54,232 nucleotides of DNA from an uncultured Spirochaetota bacterium (GCA_963745235.1 CAVUXE010000049.1:1-54232); one strand, 5' to 3'. Counted from the first letter of the stretch, positions 11,680 through 22,184 are shown. Numbers and translations are program-made. Notes: generated from the sequence alone by a model not told the origin.

Positions 11680-12504
11680 ATGGCAACAGACATGAGGGCG
11701 GAGGTCCGTCGGCACTACGCGAAGGCGGCCACGCAGACGGGAGAGAGGGTGGGCCCCTGCTGCGGGACAGACTGCTGCGGCGGCGGCAAGGCCAAAGCCC
11801 AGAGCGAGCGCGTGGGATACGACGGCAGCCAGCTCGCCTCCATTCCCGTCGAGGCGGACCTGGGCCTGGGATGCGGCAACCCCACGGCGCTGGGAGAGCT
11901 TCGCGCGGGTGAAACCGTGGTGGACCTCGGGTCGGGAGGCGGGATCGACTGCTTTCTTGCGGCACGGAAGGTGGGTCCCGACGGCAAAGTGATCGGGGTG
12001 GACATGACTCCGGAAATGCTGGACAGGGCGCGGGCAGCGGCACGCTCGGGAGGTTACGGAAACGTCGAGTTCCGGCTCGGGGAGATAGAAAGCCTGCCCG
12101 TTGCGGATGCGAGCGCTGACGTGGTCATCTCCAACTGCGTGATCAACCTGTCCACGGAAAAAGCGCGCGTGTTTCGGGAGGCGAACCGGATCCTGAAGCC
12201 GGGCGGCCGCGCCGTGATCTCCGACATCATGTTGCTGGAGAAGCTCCCGGAAAGGCTGATGTCCAACGCGGCGCTTTTCGCGGGATGCGTGTCAGGGGCC
12301 ATCCTCAGGGATGAGTATCTCTCCCTGATGAGGGAAGCCGGATTCACGGACGTAAGGGTGGAACGGCAGAAGGAAAGCTCCGAAATGTTCGGTCCCGAGG
12401 ATGAAGCCGGGCTGATGGCGCAGGCACCTGACCTTTCCCGGGAAGAGCTTTCCATGCTGGGAAAGACCATCGTGAGCGTTCAGCTCACCGCTCGAAAGAA
12501 GTAG
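11680..12504 (+). CDS. arsM: Arsenite S-adenosylmethionine methyltransferase
   Basis: N-terminal [29 protein letters not shown] and GCVSGA (the conserved Cys set). ATG at 11680 after a purine-rich RBS. Confidence 0.93.
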   Translation: MATDMRAEVRRHYAKAATQTGERVGPCCGTDCCGGGKAKAQSERVGYDGSQLASIPVEADLGLGCGNPTALGELRAGETVVDLGSGGGIDCFLAARKVGPDGKVIGVDMTPEMLDRARAAARSGGYGNVEFRLGEIESLPVADASADVVISNCVINLSTEKARVFREANRILKPGGRAVISDIMLLEKLPERLMSNAALFAGCVSGAILRDEYLSLMREAGFTDVRVERQKESSEMFGPEDEAGLMAQAPDLSREELSMLGKTIVSVQLTARKK

Positions 12505-12507
12505 GAC

Positions 12508-13560
12508 CTACAGCCTGCCGCCGTGGCTCAGCTTTGAAAGCACGGCGGCAGCCGTCGTCAGCACTCCGGCCCCAACGAAAACCGGAATGGCCGTGCGGAT
12601 TTCCCGGCGCACGCCGGAGCGGCTCGTGAACGTGGTGGCTCCCGTGAAAGAAAGGGCCAGGAAACCGGCGGCAGCGGGGAAGAAAGCCCAGCAGGTCACG
12701 AGCAGAAACGGGTCCATTCCCTCAGCCAGCCCGGCGATGTGCAGGAGCACCGCATTTATAATTGCCCCAAGCAGCCATCCCTTCGCAGTGAAGGCCTGAA
12801 ACGGAACGTAGGGGAGAAGGAGAGGCGTGAGGACGGAGCCTGCAAGCACGGCGCCGAGCCCCAGGGCGAACAACGGCCACACGCCGGCCCATGCCTTTTG
12901 CAGCACCACGCCTCCCGGAGTCAGCCCTGCGTAGAGGATGGCCACGAAGGCAAAAACGAAGAAGAGCTTGAGTGACTTCCCCAGCTCCATTGGAACGAGG
13001 ACAAGCCTGTCCCGGAGGCTGAACTCCACCCTGCGCATTTCCGGGGAGGCCTCCCCGGAAGCCAGGTAAGAAGGCAGGTCCCTCGAGCGCGCAGGGCCGA
13101 ACCTGACGCGAAACCCGGTCTGCTTCTGCACCAGGTGCGCCTTGACCCCCGGTGCGCTGAGCTGCGGGAGGGTCAGCTCGCGGTGCCGCACCACTTCCGC
13201 CAGCCGAACTTTGCCAACCCTCGTGACAAGCTCCTCCGTACCGAAGGCCCCTTCAGCGGCGGCACACCACACATTGATGCCCTTGGTCTCAACAACGAGG
13301 ACCCAGAGGTCAATCCCCGCCAGGTCCTTTCTCAAGATGTCAAAAGTGAGCTTGTAGCTCGCCGTCACGACCACGGGAGAATCAGGGCCCGGGCGTCCCA
13401 GGGCGTAGAGCCCGGGGGCGACGCTGTAGCGCATGCGGGACCTGCCCAGCCTGCACAGAACAGCTCCGCGGCGGTCCTCCCATGTCCACAGCGAGTGGAT
13501 GCGGGTAAAGCCCGGCGGCTCTCGGATGGCGGAGCCCGGGCCGCGGCCTTCCGCCGTCAT
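12508..13560 (-). CDS. hgcA: HgcA-like corrinoid membrane protein (mercury-methylation family) with variant cap helix
   Basis: C-terminal 350 aa of ORF 12508..14544: YSVAPGLYALG, PVVVTASYKLTFD, ETKGINVWCAAAEGAFGTEEL, LPQLSAPGV, then several TM helices and FTGATTFTSRSGVRRE. The ATG at 13560 overlaps the MFS stop (ATGA). Confidence 0.85.
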   Translation of the reverse strand: MTAEGRGPGSAIREPPGFTRIHSLWTWEDRRGAVLCRLGRSRMRYSVAPGLYALGRPGPDSPVVVTASYKLTFDILRKDLAGIDLWVLVVETKGINVWCAAAEGAFGTEELVTRVGKVRLAEVVRHRELTLPQLSAPGVKAHLVQKQTGFRVRFGPARSRDLPSYLASGEASPEMRRVEFSLRDRLVLVPMELGKSLKLFFVFAFVAILYAGLTPGGVVLQKAWAGVWPLFALGLGAVLAGSVLTPLLLPYVPFQAFTAKGWLLGAIINAVLLHIAGLAEGMDPFLLVTCWAFFPAAAGFLALSFTGATTFTSRSGVRREIRTAIPVFVGAGVLTTAAAVLSKLSHGGRL

Positions 13561-14831
13561 CCCGCGGGCACCGCTTCCCGGGCCTTCCGCGTGTATCGTC
13601 GCAGCCCAAGAAGCGCGGCAAATGAGGCCGCGGAGGCGAACAGCAGGCCCGCGCTCAGCAGGAAAAGCGCCCGGAACCCGGCGGCACGGATGATGTATCC
13701 GCCCCCGAGGGCGGAGGCGGCAAGACCCAGGGTGCTGGCCATGTTCGCAGCCCCGGACATGAGCGCGCGGTACCTGGTTGCGACAATGTCCAGGATGAAC
13801 ACCTGCATTGCGGCCTCGTTCATGGAATTGGCCGCGGTCATTCCCGCCCAGCCGATCGCAGCCGGCGGCCAGCTCATCACGAGGGCCAGGGGAAGCACGG
13901 CTATCCCCATGGCCAGAAGCCCTGCCAGAGACGTGCGGCCCGTCCCCCACCTGCGCGCAACGATGGGCATGAGGGGCGTGAAGACGATGGAGGCGATTGC
14001 AGAGATGCTTACCAGGACGCCTATCGAAGGCGTGGGGAGGCGCAATGCGGTATCCAGGTAGACGTTGAAGAACGTCAGGACGCCGCCGTAGCCGTATTCC
14101 CGCAGAAATCGAACCACGATGATCACGGCGATGAGCGCCATGGGCACGCGGGAGGCCGCGCGAACATCCTCCTTCGGCATTCCTTTGCCCGTCTCCCGGA
14201 AGAACCCGAGCAGGACCAGGCCAGGGGCCAGGATGACCACGGCCGCCCAGAGAGAGAACCCGTACGGCAGCGAGGAGGAAATGCTCGATCGGGCAATAGC
14301 TCCGAACAGGTTCGGGAGAAGACCGCCGCACAGGCTGCCCAGGAACGTGGTCAGGGAGATCACCGTCCCGTTGAAAGCGAACGCATACGTGCTTGCTCCC
14401 GGCTCGACGGCGCCCATGAGCGCGGGATTTGAGTTGACGATGAAAAGCGCGCCCCCGAGAGCGCTGATGACCCGCGAGGCAACGAGGGCAGCAAGGCGCA
14501 GCGAGGGAGCAAGGATGAACGACGCGGCGGGAGCAACTGCCCATCCGACAAGGGCCAGGACGCCGCCCAGGATCATGGCGCGCCTGCTCCCCGTGATCAT
14601 CCCGAGGGCGCCCGCGGGAATGCTGAACGCCGTCACAAGGAGATAGAAGAGGAAGTTGAGATTTCCGATTACCTCGGTCCCATATCCGAGGCGGAGCAGG
14701 AAAAGGTTCGTCAGAAGGTAGGTGATGCCCCAGTACGTGAATCCAAGAAGCCCCGCGGTGATGAAAAGAAGGTAGGCGTTGCGGTCAAACCCGCCAACCG
14801 CTTGCAACCAGCTCGTGTGGTCCCGTGACAA
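13557..14831 (-). CDS. MFS transporter
   Basis: About 12 hydrophobic helices in ORF 13557..14900, with MFS-like GALGMITGSRR and ARRWG loops. The start is uncertain; TTG 14831 follows GAGGGG. Confidence 0.85.
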   Translation of the reverse strand: MSRDHTSWLQAVGGFDRNAYLLFITAGLLGFTYWGITYLLTNLFLLRLGYGTEVIGNLNFLFYLLVTAFSIPAGALGMITGSRRAMILGGVLALVGWAVAPAASFILAPSLRLAALVASRVISALGGALFIVNSNPALMGAVEPGASTYAFAFNGTVISLTTFLGSLCGGLLPNLFGAIARSSISSSLPYGFSLWAAVVILAPGLVLLGFFRETGKGMPKEDVRAASRVPMALIAVIIVVRFLREYGYGGVLTFFNVYLDTALRLPTPSIGVLVSISAIASIVFTPLMPIVARRWGTGRTSLAGLLAMGIAVLPLALVMSWPPAAIGWAGMTAANSMNEAAMQVFILDIVATRYRALMSGAANMASTLGLAASALGGGYIIRAAGFRALFLLSAGLLFASAASFAALLGLRRYTRKAREAVPAG

Positions 14832-14944
14832 CCCCTCGACCTCTGGGATGATTATCCCGAGCCGCCGGCGGGAAGTCAACACCGACGAACCTGTCAACAT
14901 CGACGACCCTTGACTTTCCTGGAATTCATGGCTCCTTTGAGGGC

Positions 14945-15901
14945 ATGAAGCATCGTGACCCCGTGATTTTCATCTCCGAACCGTTGAGCGACGAGCAACG
15001 CGCGGAGTTGCTCCGCGCCGCCCCCAGCGCGCGGATCGTGGACCAGGCCGCCCTGGCCACGGACGCTTCGCTTGCGGAGCGCATCGACGTTTGCTATTCC
15101 GCCCTGCCAGCCGGCCTGTGGGGGAAAGCGAAAGGCCTTTCGTGGCTGCAGGTGAAGTGGGCGGGGGTTGACACGCTCCTGGCGCTCCCCCAGGTCGTGG
15201 CGCATCGTGCCACGATTACCAACGTGCATATCCACGGAAACGCGGTGTGCGAGCACCTGTGGGGCATGACCCTCATGTTGACCAGGAACCTCAAGCGCGC
15301 CGTCATCCGCCAGGAGGAGGGGCGGTGGGACGAGAGCCTGAAGGACGGCCTCGCGACGCTTTCGGGAAGGACACTGTGCATCGTGGGGCTGGGAGCCATT
15401 GGCGCAAGCTGCGCCGCTGTCGGCAGGGCGCTTGGAATGCGCGTTGTGGGAATCCGGCGTCACGCGGCTGCCAGCCCCGCGGCGGACAAGGTTGTCGGCC
15501 CCGAGCGGCGGCTTGAGGTCTTTGCGGAATCCAGGGTCATCATGGTCCTCCTTCCCGATACCGGGGATACTCGCGCTTTCATCGGCCAGGAGGAGCTTTC
15601 CGCCATGCGAGGGGCATTCCTCCTCAACGGCGGACGTGGACGCAGCATTGATACGGCTGCCCTTGTGGATGCCCTTCGCGCGGGAAACGTCCGCGGCGCC
15701 GGGCTGGACGTGACAGATCCCGAGCCCCTTCCGCCGGGACATCCCTTGTGGGCGATGCCGAACGTCGTTATCACTCCGCACTATGCCGGCAATCACCCTG
15801 GGTATGACGGGGAGGCTTTCAGCGTGTTCGTCGACAACCTGGCCCGTTGGGTGCGGGGAAAACCTCTTCGAAACGTCGTTGAGCGGGACGCCGGCTATTG
15901 A
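14945..15901 (+). CDS. D-2-hydroxyacid dehydrogenase (NAD(P)-dependent)
   Basis: GLGAIG, NGGRG, LDVTDPEPLP, ITPHYAG. Confidence 0.92.
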   Translation: MKHRDPVIFISEPLSDEQRAELLRAAPSARIVDQAALATDASLAERIDVCYSALPAGLWGKAKGLSWLQVKWAGVDTLLALPQVVAHRATITNVHIHGNAVCEHLWGMTLMLTRNLKRAVIRQEEGRWDESLKDGLATLSGRTLCIVGLGAIGASCAAVGRALGMRVVGIRRHAAASPAADKVVGPERRLEVFAESRVIMVLLPDTGDTRAFIGQEELSAMRGAFLLNGGRGRSIDTAALVDALRAGNVRGAGLDVTDPEPLPPGHPLWAMPNVVITPHYAGNHPGYDGEAFSVFVDNLARWVRGKPLRNVVERDAGY

Positions 15902-16713
15902 TGGACGCGCCCCCGACCGCCGAGAAGCCGCGTCTTCTCATAGGCACCAGCGGGTATTCCTACGAGGACTGGGTTGGCCCTGTGTATCCCCCTGGCTCCC
16001 GCAAGGAGGACTTTCTTTCCCTGTACTCACAGGAGTTCCCCGTGGTGGAGCTGAACTTTTCCTACTACGCGCAGCCCGTCCCCCGGACTCTTGAGAGGAT
16101 GCTCAGCGTGACTCCCCCGGCGTTTCTTTTCGCTTTGAAGGCGCACAGGAGCATGACGCACGACATCGGCCCGGATTGGGAAAAAGACATCGGCGTGTTC
16201 CGCTCCGGCCTCACACCGCTCGTGGAAGCTGGCCGGCTTGCCGCGGTGCTCCTGCAGTTTCCTTACAGCTTCGGGTACACCACGGAATCCCGCGAACGCC
16301 TTGCAACCCTCTGCGACCGGCTGGAAGGCCTCCCGCTTGCGGTGGAGTTTCGCAAAAGCGACTGGCTCCGACCCCAGGTCTTCGAGGGCCTGCGCGAGCG
16401 AAGGGCCGCCGTAGTGAGCGTGGACGAGCCCGACCTCCCCCGGCTCTTGCGGCCAATTTCGGATGTCACCTCGGACCTTGCATACGTGCGGTTCCATGGG
16501 AGGAACAAGGAAAAGTGGTGGACCGGGGACAACGCCTCCCGCTACGATTATCTCTATGACGCGGCGGAGCTGGAGGGATGGGTGGAAAGAGTGCGGACAA
16601 TCCTTTCCCGGGTCCACGTCATGCTGATCTTCTTCAATAATCACTGGCGCGGGAACGCCGCACAGAACGCGCGCATGTTCAGGGAAATCCTTCGCCAGAG
16701 GGAACTCTTTTGA
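15901..16713 (+). CDS. DUF72 family protein
   Basis: IGTSGYSYEDW, VELNFSYY, LLQFP, YVRFHGRN, YDYLY, FFNNH. Confidence 0.92.
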   Translation: MDAPPTAEKPRLLIGTSGYSYEDWVGPVYPPGSRKEDFLSLYSQEFPVVELNFSYYAQPVPRTLERMLSVTPPAFLFALKAHRSMTHDIGPDWEKDIGVFRSGLTPLVEAGRLAAVLLQFPYSFGYTTESRERLATLCDRLEGLPLAVEFRKSDWLRPQVFEGLRERRAAVVSVDEPDLPRLLRPISDVTSDLAYVRFHGRNKEKWWTGDNASRYDYLYDAAELEGWVERVRTILSRVHVMLIFFNNHWRGNAAQNARMFREILRQRELF

Positions 16714-16714
16714 C

Positions 16715-17284
16715 TCACGCGAACCACTTGCTCACAAGGCGCGGTGGCTCGAACCCCCCAATACGCCGCATTGCCTCTGCGGGGTCGGGGACGAGGGCCA
16801 GGACGCTTGCCATTTCCGGCTTTGCAAACTTCTCACGGTAGAACTTCTCGAAGACTGCGGCCAGGGGGTCGAAGAATCCCAGCGTGTTGACCAGCACGAG
16901 GGGCCGAACCAGGATCCCGAACTGGAGCTGCGTGATCAGCTCGGAGAGCTCCTCCAGCGTTCCGAATCCGCCCGGAAGGGCCACGAAAGCCTCCGAGGTC
17001 CCCATCATCATGGCCTTGCGCTCCCGCATGTCCGCGGTGATCGTGAGCTCGTCACACTTCTCATAGGCCACGGCTTTGCGGTGCATGAAGTCGGGAATGA
17101 TACCGATGACCCGCCCGCCGTTGCCGTGAACGGCCCTGGCCACGGCCCCCATCATCCCCACCTTGCCGCCGCCGTACACCAGGGTGTGTCCCTCCATGCC
17201 GATCAACGCGCCCATCTCCGTGGCCGCGGCGAAGTAAGCGGGATCCACGGCATCACTCGAGGAACAGAATACACAGATCTTCAC
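16715..17284 (-). CDS. LOG family nucleotide phosphoribohydrolase (TIGR00730-like)
   Basis: ICVFCSSS, LVYGGG, MRERK, PGGFGTLEE. Confidence 0.92.
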   Translation of the reverse strand: MKICVFCSSSDAVDPAYFAAATEMGALIGMEGHTLVYGGGKVGMMGAVARAVHGNGGRVIGIIPDFMHRKAVAYEKCDELTITADMRERKAMMMGTSEAFVALPGGFGTLEELSELITQLQFGILVRPLVLVNTLGFFDPLAAVFEKFYREKFAKPEMASVLALVPDPAEAMRRIGGFEPPRLVSKWFA

Positions 17285-17389
17285 CCCTGCCCTCCGTCCG
17301 CCAATGTACGATGGTACCGTCAGGCATGGCAAGACGGCAGGTCCCCCCGGGAAAAATGTCCCCTGCCCCCCTTGACGTCCTGGCCATCT

Positions 17390-17428
17390 TACGTATATCT
17401 ATCCAGTCACGATGAATAAATATTCCAC
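17390..17428. promoter_or_regulatory. Tandem ARG-box-like operator overlapping the argR start codon
   Basis: TACGTATATCTATCCAGT-cac-GATGAATAAATATTCCAC: two 18-mers with a 3-bp spacer resembling WNTGAATWWWWATTCANW. TTGACG at 17372. Confidence 0.55.
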
Positions 17429-17921
17429 GGGGGCCCGCCGCCGGGGAACAAAGACGGAACGGCTTTCCGCCATCAGACGGATCATTGCCCGCGGCGTTGT
17501 GGACAGCCAGGAGACCCTCATATCTCTGCTGCGGAGGGAGGGATTCGCGGCCACGCAGGCCACCCTCTCGCGGGACTTGAAGCGCCTTGGCATTGGCAAA
17601 GCCCCCCGGCCTGACGGGGGCTACACGTACGTCCTGGCCTCCGAGGAGCCCGTGCCCGCCACGGACCAGATATTCATCCAGGACTTCAGAAGGGGATTCC
17701 TGTCCCTGGAGTTTTCCGGGCCGCTGGGGTTGATCCGCACGCTTCCCGGCCATGCAAACAGCGTCGCCGCGGCGCTTGACCACTTGCGCGTTTCGCACGT
17801 CCTCGGCACGATCGCGGGAGACGACACGATCCTGCTCGTTCCTCGCAATGGCGTGTCGCCGTCGCGTCTTGTGAAGGCCATGAAAGCCCGGATCCCGGGC
17901 TTCAAGGAGGGGACAGAATGA
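17412..17921 (+). CDS. argR: Arginine repressor
   Basis: ATQATLSRDL, RTLPGHA, GTIAGDDT. Confidence 0.95.
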   Translation: MNKYSTGARRRGTKTERLSAIRRIIARGVVDSQETLISLLRREGFAATQATLSRDLKRLGIGKAPRPDGGYTYVLASEEPVPATDQIFIQDFRRGFLSLEFSGPLGLIRTLPGHANSVAAALDHLRVSHVLGTIAGDDTILLVPRNGVSPSRLVKAMKARIPGFKEGTE

Positions 17922-18967
17922 AAGCTGCGGTCCTTGGTGCAACCGGTTACACGGGCGGGGTCCTCCTGCGCCTGCTCGGGGCGCATCCCGAAGTCAGCCA
18001 GATCATTGCCGTCTCATCTTCTCAGGCGGGTCAGTCCGCTCGGGCGGTGGATCCCGGGCTCTCCCCTGCGGTGGAAGAAAAGATGGGACGCCAGGACGGC
18101 AAGCTCGTGACCCTGGACCAGGCGGTGAAGGCCGTCTCTGCCGGGGAGGTGGACGTGGTGTTCTCTGCCCTTCCCCACCTGAAGTCGGCGGAAGTCTGCG
18201 CTCCTTTCCTGGGAAAGACGGTCTTGATCGATCTTTCCGCCGACTTTCGGCTCAAGGATCCCGCCGTCTTCGCAAAGGCATACGGGGCGGCCATGCCACG
18301 GCCGGACCTCGCTTCGCGCGCCGTGTACGGCCTTGCGGAGTGGCACACGGAGCAGATCCGCAGCGCGGACATAATCGCCGTCCCCGGCTGCTACCCCACC
18401 GCGACGCTCCTTCCGGTCCTGCCACTGGCCAAGGCGGGCATGGTGCAGGGCACGGTGATCGTGAACGCGATCTCCGGTATCTCGGGCGCGGGAAGGAAGG
18501 AGAAGATGGACCTCCTGTACGTTGAGCGGTCGGAGAACGTCAACGCGTATTCGCCGGGCACTTCGCATCGTCACGTACCGGAGATCGCCCAGGAGCTCGG
18601 CGCGGCAAACAAGGCCCTCTCACTCCTGTTCACTCCCCACATGGCCCCCCTGCGCAGAGGGATGGCCGTGACGACCGTGGTCGAGCTCGCCGTCAAGGTT
18701 TCCTCCGAGGTCGTTGCAGGAGCGTATCGCAACGCGTATGGCGGCCGGCCGTTCATTTCTCTGGCCGCGGACCGGGTCCCGCAGACGCGGGAAGTATGGG
18801 GGTCGAACCGGTGCGACATCGGCTGGAAGATCGAGGACGGTCATCTCATGCTCTTCTCGGTCATTGATAACCTCGTGAAAGGAGCTTCCGGCCAGGCCGT
18901 GCAGGACATGAACATCAGGTTCGGGATCGATGAATCCGCAGGGCTTCCCGCGGGGGGAGAGCTGTAG
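17918..18967 (+). CDS. argC: N-acetyl-gamma-glutamyl-phosphate reductase
   Basis: GATGYTG, IDLSADFRL, PGCYPT, DNLVKGASGQA. Confidence 0.96.
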   Translation: MKAAVLGATGYTGGVLLRLLGAHPEVSQIIAVSSSQAGQSARAVDPGLSPAVEEKMGRQDGKLVTLDQAVKAVSAGEVDVVFSALPHLKSAEVCAPFLGKTVLIDLSADFRLKDPAVFAKAYGAAMPRPDLASRAVYGLAEWHTEQIRSADIIAVPGCYPTATLLPVLPLAKAGMVQGTVIVNAISGISGAGRKEKMDLLYVERSENVNAYSPGTSHRHVPEIAQELGAANKALSLLFTPHMAPLRRGMAVTTVVELAVKVSSEVVAGAYRNAYGGRPFISLAADRVPQTREVWGSNRCDIGWKIEDGHLMLFSVIDNLVKGASGQAVQDMNIRFGIDESAGLPAGGEL

Positions 18968-18968
18968 C

Positions 18969-19751
18969 GTGAAGACGGGACTTGTCCTGGTGAAGATCGG
19001 CGGGAAAGCGGCCGAGAACGCGGCCGCCCTGGCCTGCCTGGCTGACGAGATGCTGTTCCTCTCGAAGGGCTACCGGTTCCTCCTTGTCCACGGGGGCGGC
19101 GCGGAAGTGACGGCTCTGTCCCGGAAACTGGGAATAGAACCTGTCTTTGCGAACGGGCTCCGCCAGACAACGGCCTCGGAGATGGACGTCGTTGACATGG
19201 TGCTCGCCGGCAAGGTCAACAAGCAGCTCGTTCGCCTGCTTCGCGCGCGGGGGCTAGACGCTGTCGGCCTGAGCGGCGCTGACGGCGCCATCCTCACGGG
19301 CAAGTCCGCGGGGATACTGCCGGACGGCTCCCAGTCCCGCACGGGAGACGTGGATGAGGCGGACGGGAAGCTCCTGACCCTCCTTCTCGACAACAGCTTC
19401 CTGCCAGTGATCTCCTCTCCCGCCATGGACGGTACAGGTCTCGCGCTGAATCTCAACGCGGACACCGCTGCATTCGCAATCGCGGTCCGCCTCTCCTGCT
19501 CCGCGCTGGTTTTTCTCTCCGATATCCCCGGCATCCTCGCGGACGGCGGCGTCATCCGCGAGCTTTCCGCGGCGCAGGCGGGGACACTCACCGCCACTGG
19601 CGTGATAACCGGCGGCATGGTCCCGAAGGTTTCTGCATCCCTGGACGCGCTGGATCGGGGCGTGCAGACCGTCATCATAGGTCAGTACGAGGAGGCAGGC
19701 TCTCTGGCGCAGCTCCTCGAAGGCAGAAAAGGAACCAGGATATGGAAATGA
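18969..19751 (+). CDS. argB: Acetylglutamate kinase
   Basis: VKIGG, VHGGG, NLNADTAA, TGGMVPK. Confidence 0.95.
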   Translation: MKTGLVLVKIGGKAAENAAALACLADEMLFLSKGYRFLLVHGGGAEVTALSRKLGIEPVFANGLRQTTASEMDVVDMVLAGKVNKQLVRLLRARGLDAVGLSGADGAILTGKSAGILPDGSQSRTGDVDEADGKLLTLLLDNSFLPVISSPAMDGTGLALNLNADTAAFAIAVRLSCSALVFLSDIPGILADGGVIRELSAAQAGTLTATGVITGGMVPKVSASLDALDRGVQTVIIGQYEEAGSLAQLLEGRKGTRIWK

Positions 19752-20941
19752 AAACCAAAGACCCCGCTGTCGCGACGAACCTTCCCTTCCCGCGTCAGTA
19801 CGGCACGGAGCTGCTTGTCATCGCGAGGGGCAAAGGCGTCTGGCTCCAGGACATCGCGGGCAAGAAGTACCTGGATTTTGCCGGCGGCATCGCCGTGAAC
19901 GCCCTGGGATACGGCCGGGCTGACCTGGCCCGCACCGCCGCTGACCAGATGCGCAAGCTCAGCCACATCTCCAACCTTTTCACCACGGAGCCCGCGCTGG
20001 CCCTTGCGCGGCTCATGCTGGCAAAGGGTCCGTACAAGTTCGCCTCCGTTTTCTTCGGCAACAGCGGCACCGAGGCAAACGAGGCCGCCCTGAAGTACGC
20101 GCGGCTGTACGCGCTTCGCACAAGGGGAACCGGCCATGAGAAGCTCCTGTGCTTCGAGAATGCGTTTCCACGGGAGGACCCTGGGCGCGCTTTCCTGCAC
20201 GCCCAGCGCAAAGTACCAGGAGCCCTACCAGCCCCTCCTGCCGGATGTCGTCGTGGCGCCGTACAACGATGTCGCGGCGCTGCAGAACGCGCTGGATGAC
20301 CGCGTTGCAGGGGTGATTGTCGAAGTGGTCCAGGGAGAGGGCGGGCTGGGAACCATGACCCCGGAGTTCGCCCAGGCGCTGAACGAGGCCTGCCGGAAAA
20401 CCGGGGCCATCCTGATCGCGGACGAGGTGCAGACAGGCATGGCCCGCACGGGCACTTTCTACGGCTCAGAAGGCGTCGGGCTGGAGCCGGACATCATCAC
20501 CCTGGCCAAGCCGCTGGCCGGCGGGCTTCCCCTTTCCGCGGTGCTGATCCCGGAGAAGGTCAACAATCTCATCCACCTGGGCGACCACGGGACCACGTTC
20601 GGCGGCGGGCCGGTGACAACCGCCGTGGCGGCACGCGTGTGGAAAGTGATCTCGCAGCCTGGGTTCGCGGAGCGCGTTCGCTCGCGCGGCGAGTTCCTGC
20701 GGAAGCAGCTGGAAGCTCTGAAGGACCGCAAGGCAAGCGTCGGAGCGCTGTTCGGCCGCGGCCTCCTGCAGGGATTCGAGTACAAGGGCGGGAGGTGAAG
20801 GACCTGCTTGCACGCCTGCAGGCCGCGGGCTCCTGGCGCTTCGGTCCGGGACCAACGTGGTCCGCCTGGCCCCGCCTCTCGTCATCAGCGAAGCGGAAAT
20901 CAACGAACGGCATCGACATCATAGAGGAGGCACTGGAATGA
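19742..20941 (+). CDS. argD: Acetylornithine aminotransferase (several apparent frameshifts)
   Basis: [50 protein letters not shown] and VRLAPPL, distributed over several frames. Confidence 0.9.
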
Positions 20942-22184
20942 GCGAAGGAAACGGCATTCGATCCGGCATCGTCAAGAAGAACGTGAAGAAGATCGTCCTG
21001 GCGTACTCGGGCGGGCTGGACACCTCCATCATCATCCCCTGGCTCAAGGAGAACTACCCGGGGGCGGAGGTGGTGGCGGTCTGCACGGACGTCGGGCAGA
21101 ACGAGGACCTCACGGGCCTGGAGGCAAAGGCCAAGGCCTCCGGCGCCTCGAAGCTGTACCTCCTGGACCTGCGCGAGGAGTTCGCCCGGGACTACCTCTT
21201 CCCGATGCTGCGCTCAGGGGCCATCTACGAGGGCAAGTACCTCCTGGGCACCTCCATCGCCCGGCCGCTGCAGGCCAAGGCGCAGGTGGAGGTTGCGCTC
21301 AAGGAAGGCGCGGATGCGGTGGCGCACGGCTGCACCGGCAAGGGCAACGACCAGGTGCGGTTCGAGCTGGCCTACAAGGCGCTGGCGCCGCAGCTCGCCG
21401 TCATCGCCCCCTGGCGGCTGTGGAACATCCGCTCCCGCGAGGAGGCCATCGACTACGCGAAGAGCCCACGGCATCGACCTGGGCAACATCTCCAAGAAGA
21501 ACATCTACTCGCGGGACATGAACGCCTGGCACATGAGCCACGAGGGCGGAGACCTGGAGGACCCGTGGAACAGGCCGCAGGAGCCGCTGTTCCAGCTCAC
21601 CAAGTCCCTGAAGGACGCCCCGGACCGGGAGACCGAGGTCACCATCGACTTCGAGAAGGGGATTCCCGGTCGCGGTGGACGGGAAGAAGCTGCGCCCGTT
21701 CGAGATCCTCACCACGCTGAACGCGCTGGGCGCGGAGAACGGCATCGGCCGGACGGACGCGGTGGAGAACCGCCGGGTGGGCATGAAGAGCCGCGGCGTC
21801 TACGAGACCCCGGGAGGCACGATCCTCTACACCGCGCTTCGCGAGCTGGAGATGCTCACGCTGGACACGGACTGCCTGCACTTCAAGCAGAACGTCGCCC
21901 AGACCTACGCCGACCTCGTCTACGGCGGCAAGTGGTTCACGCCGCTGCGGGAGTCCCTGGAAGCCTTCATGGAGAAGGTTTCCGAGTACACGACCGGGAC
22001 GGTGCGGCTGGTCCTGTACAAGGGGAACATCGTCATCGCCGGGCGGAAGTCGCCCTACTCGCTGTACCTGAAGGACCTCGCTTCGTTCGGCGCCTCCAGC
22101 TACGACCACGCGGATGCCACGGGCTTCATCAACCTGTACGGGCTTCCGGCGATGGTCGCCTCGCTGGTGCACGGAAAGAAATAG
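20938..22184 (+). CDS. argG: Argininosuccinate synthase (two apparent frameshifts)
   Basis: [47 protein letters not shown]. Confidence 0.93.

Noticed and set aside
12508-14544. 678-aa ORF as an N-terminally extended or fused HgcA
   Set aside because: The first ~328 aa are an alternate frame of the MFS gene; the real start is ATG 13560.
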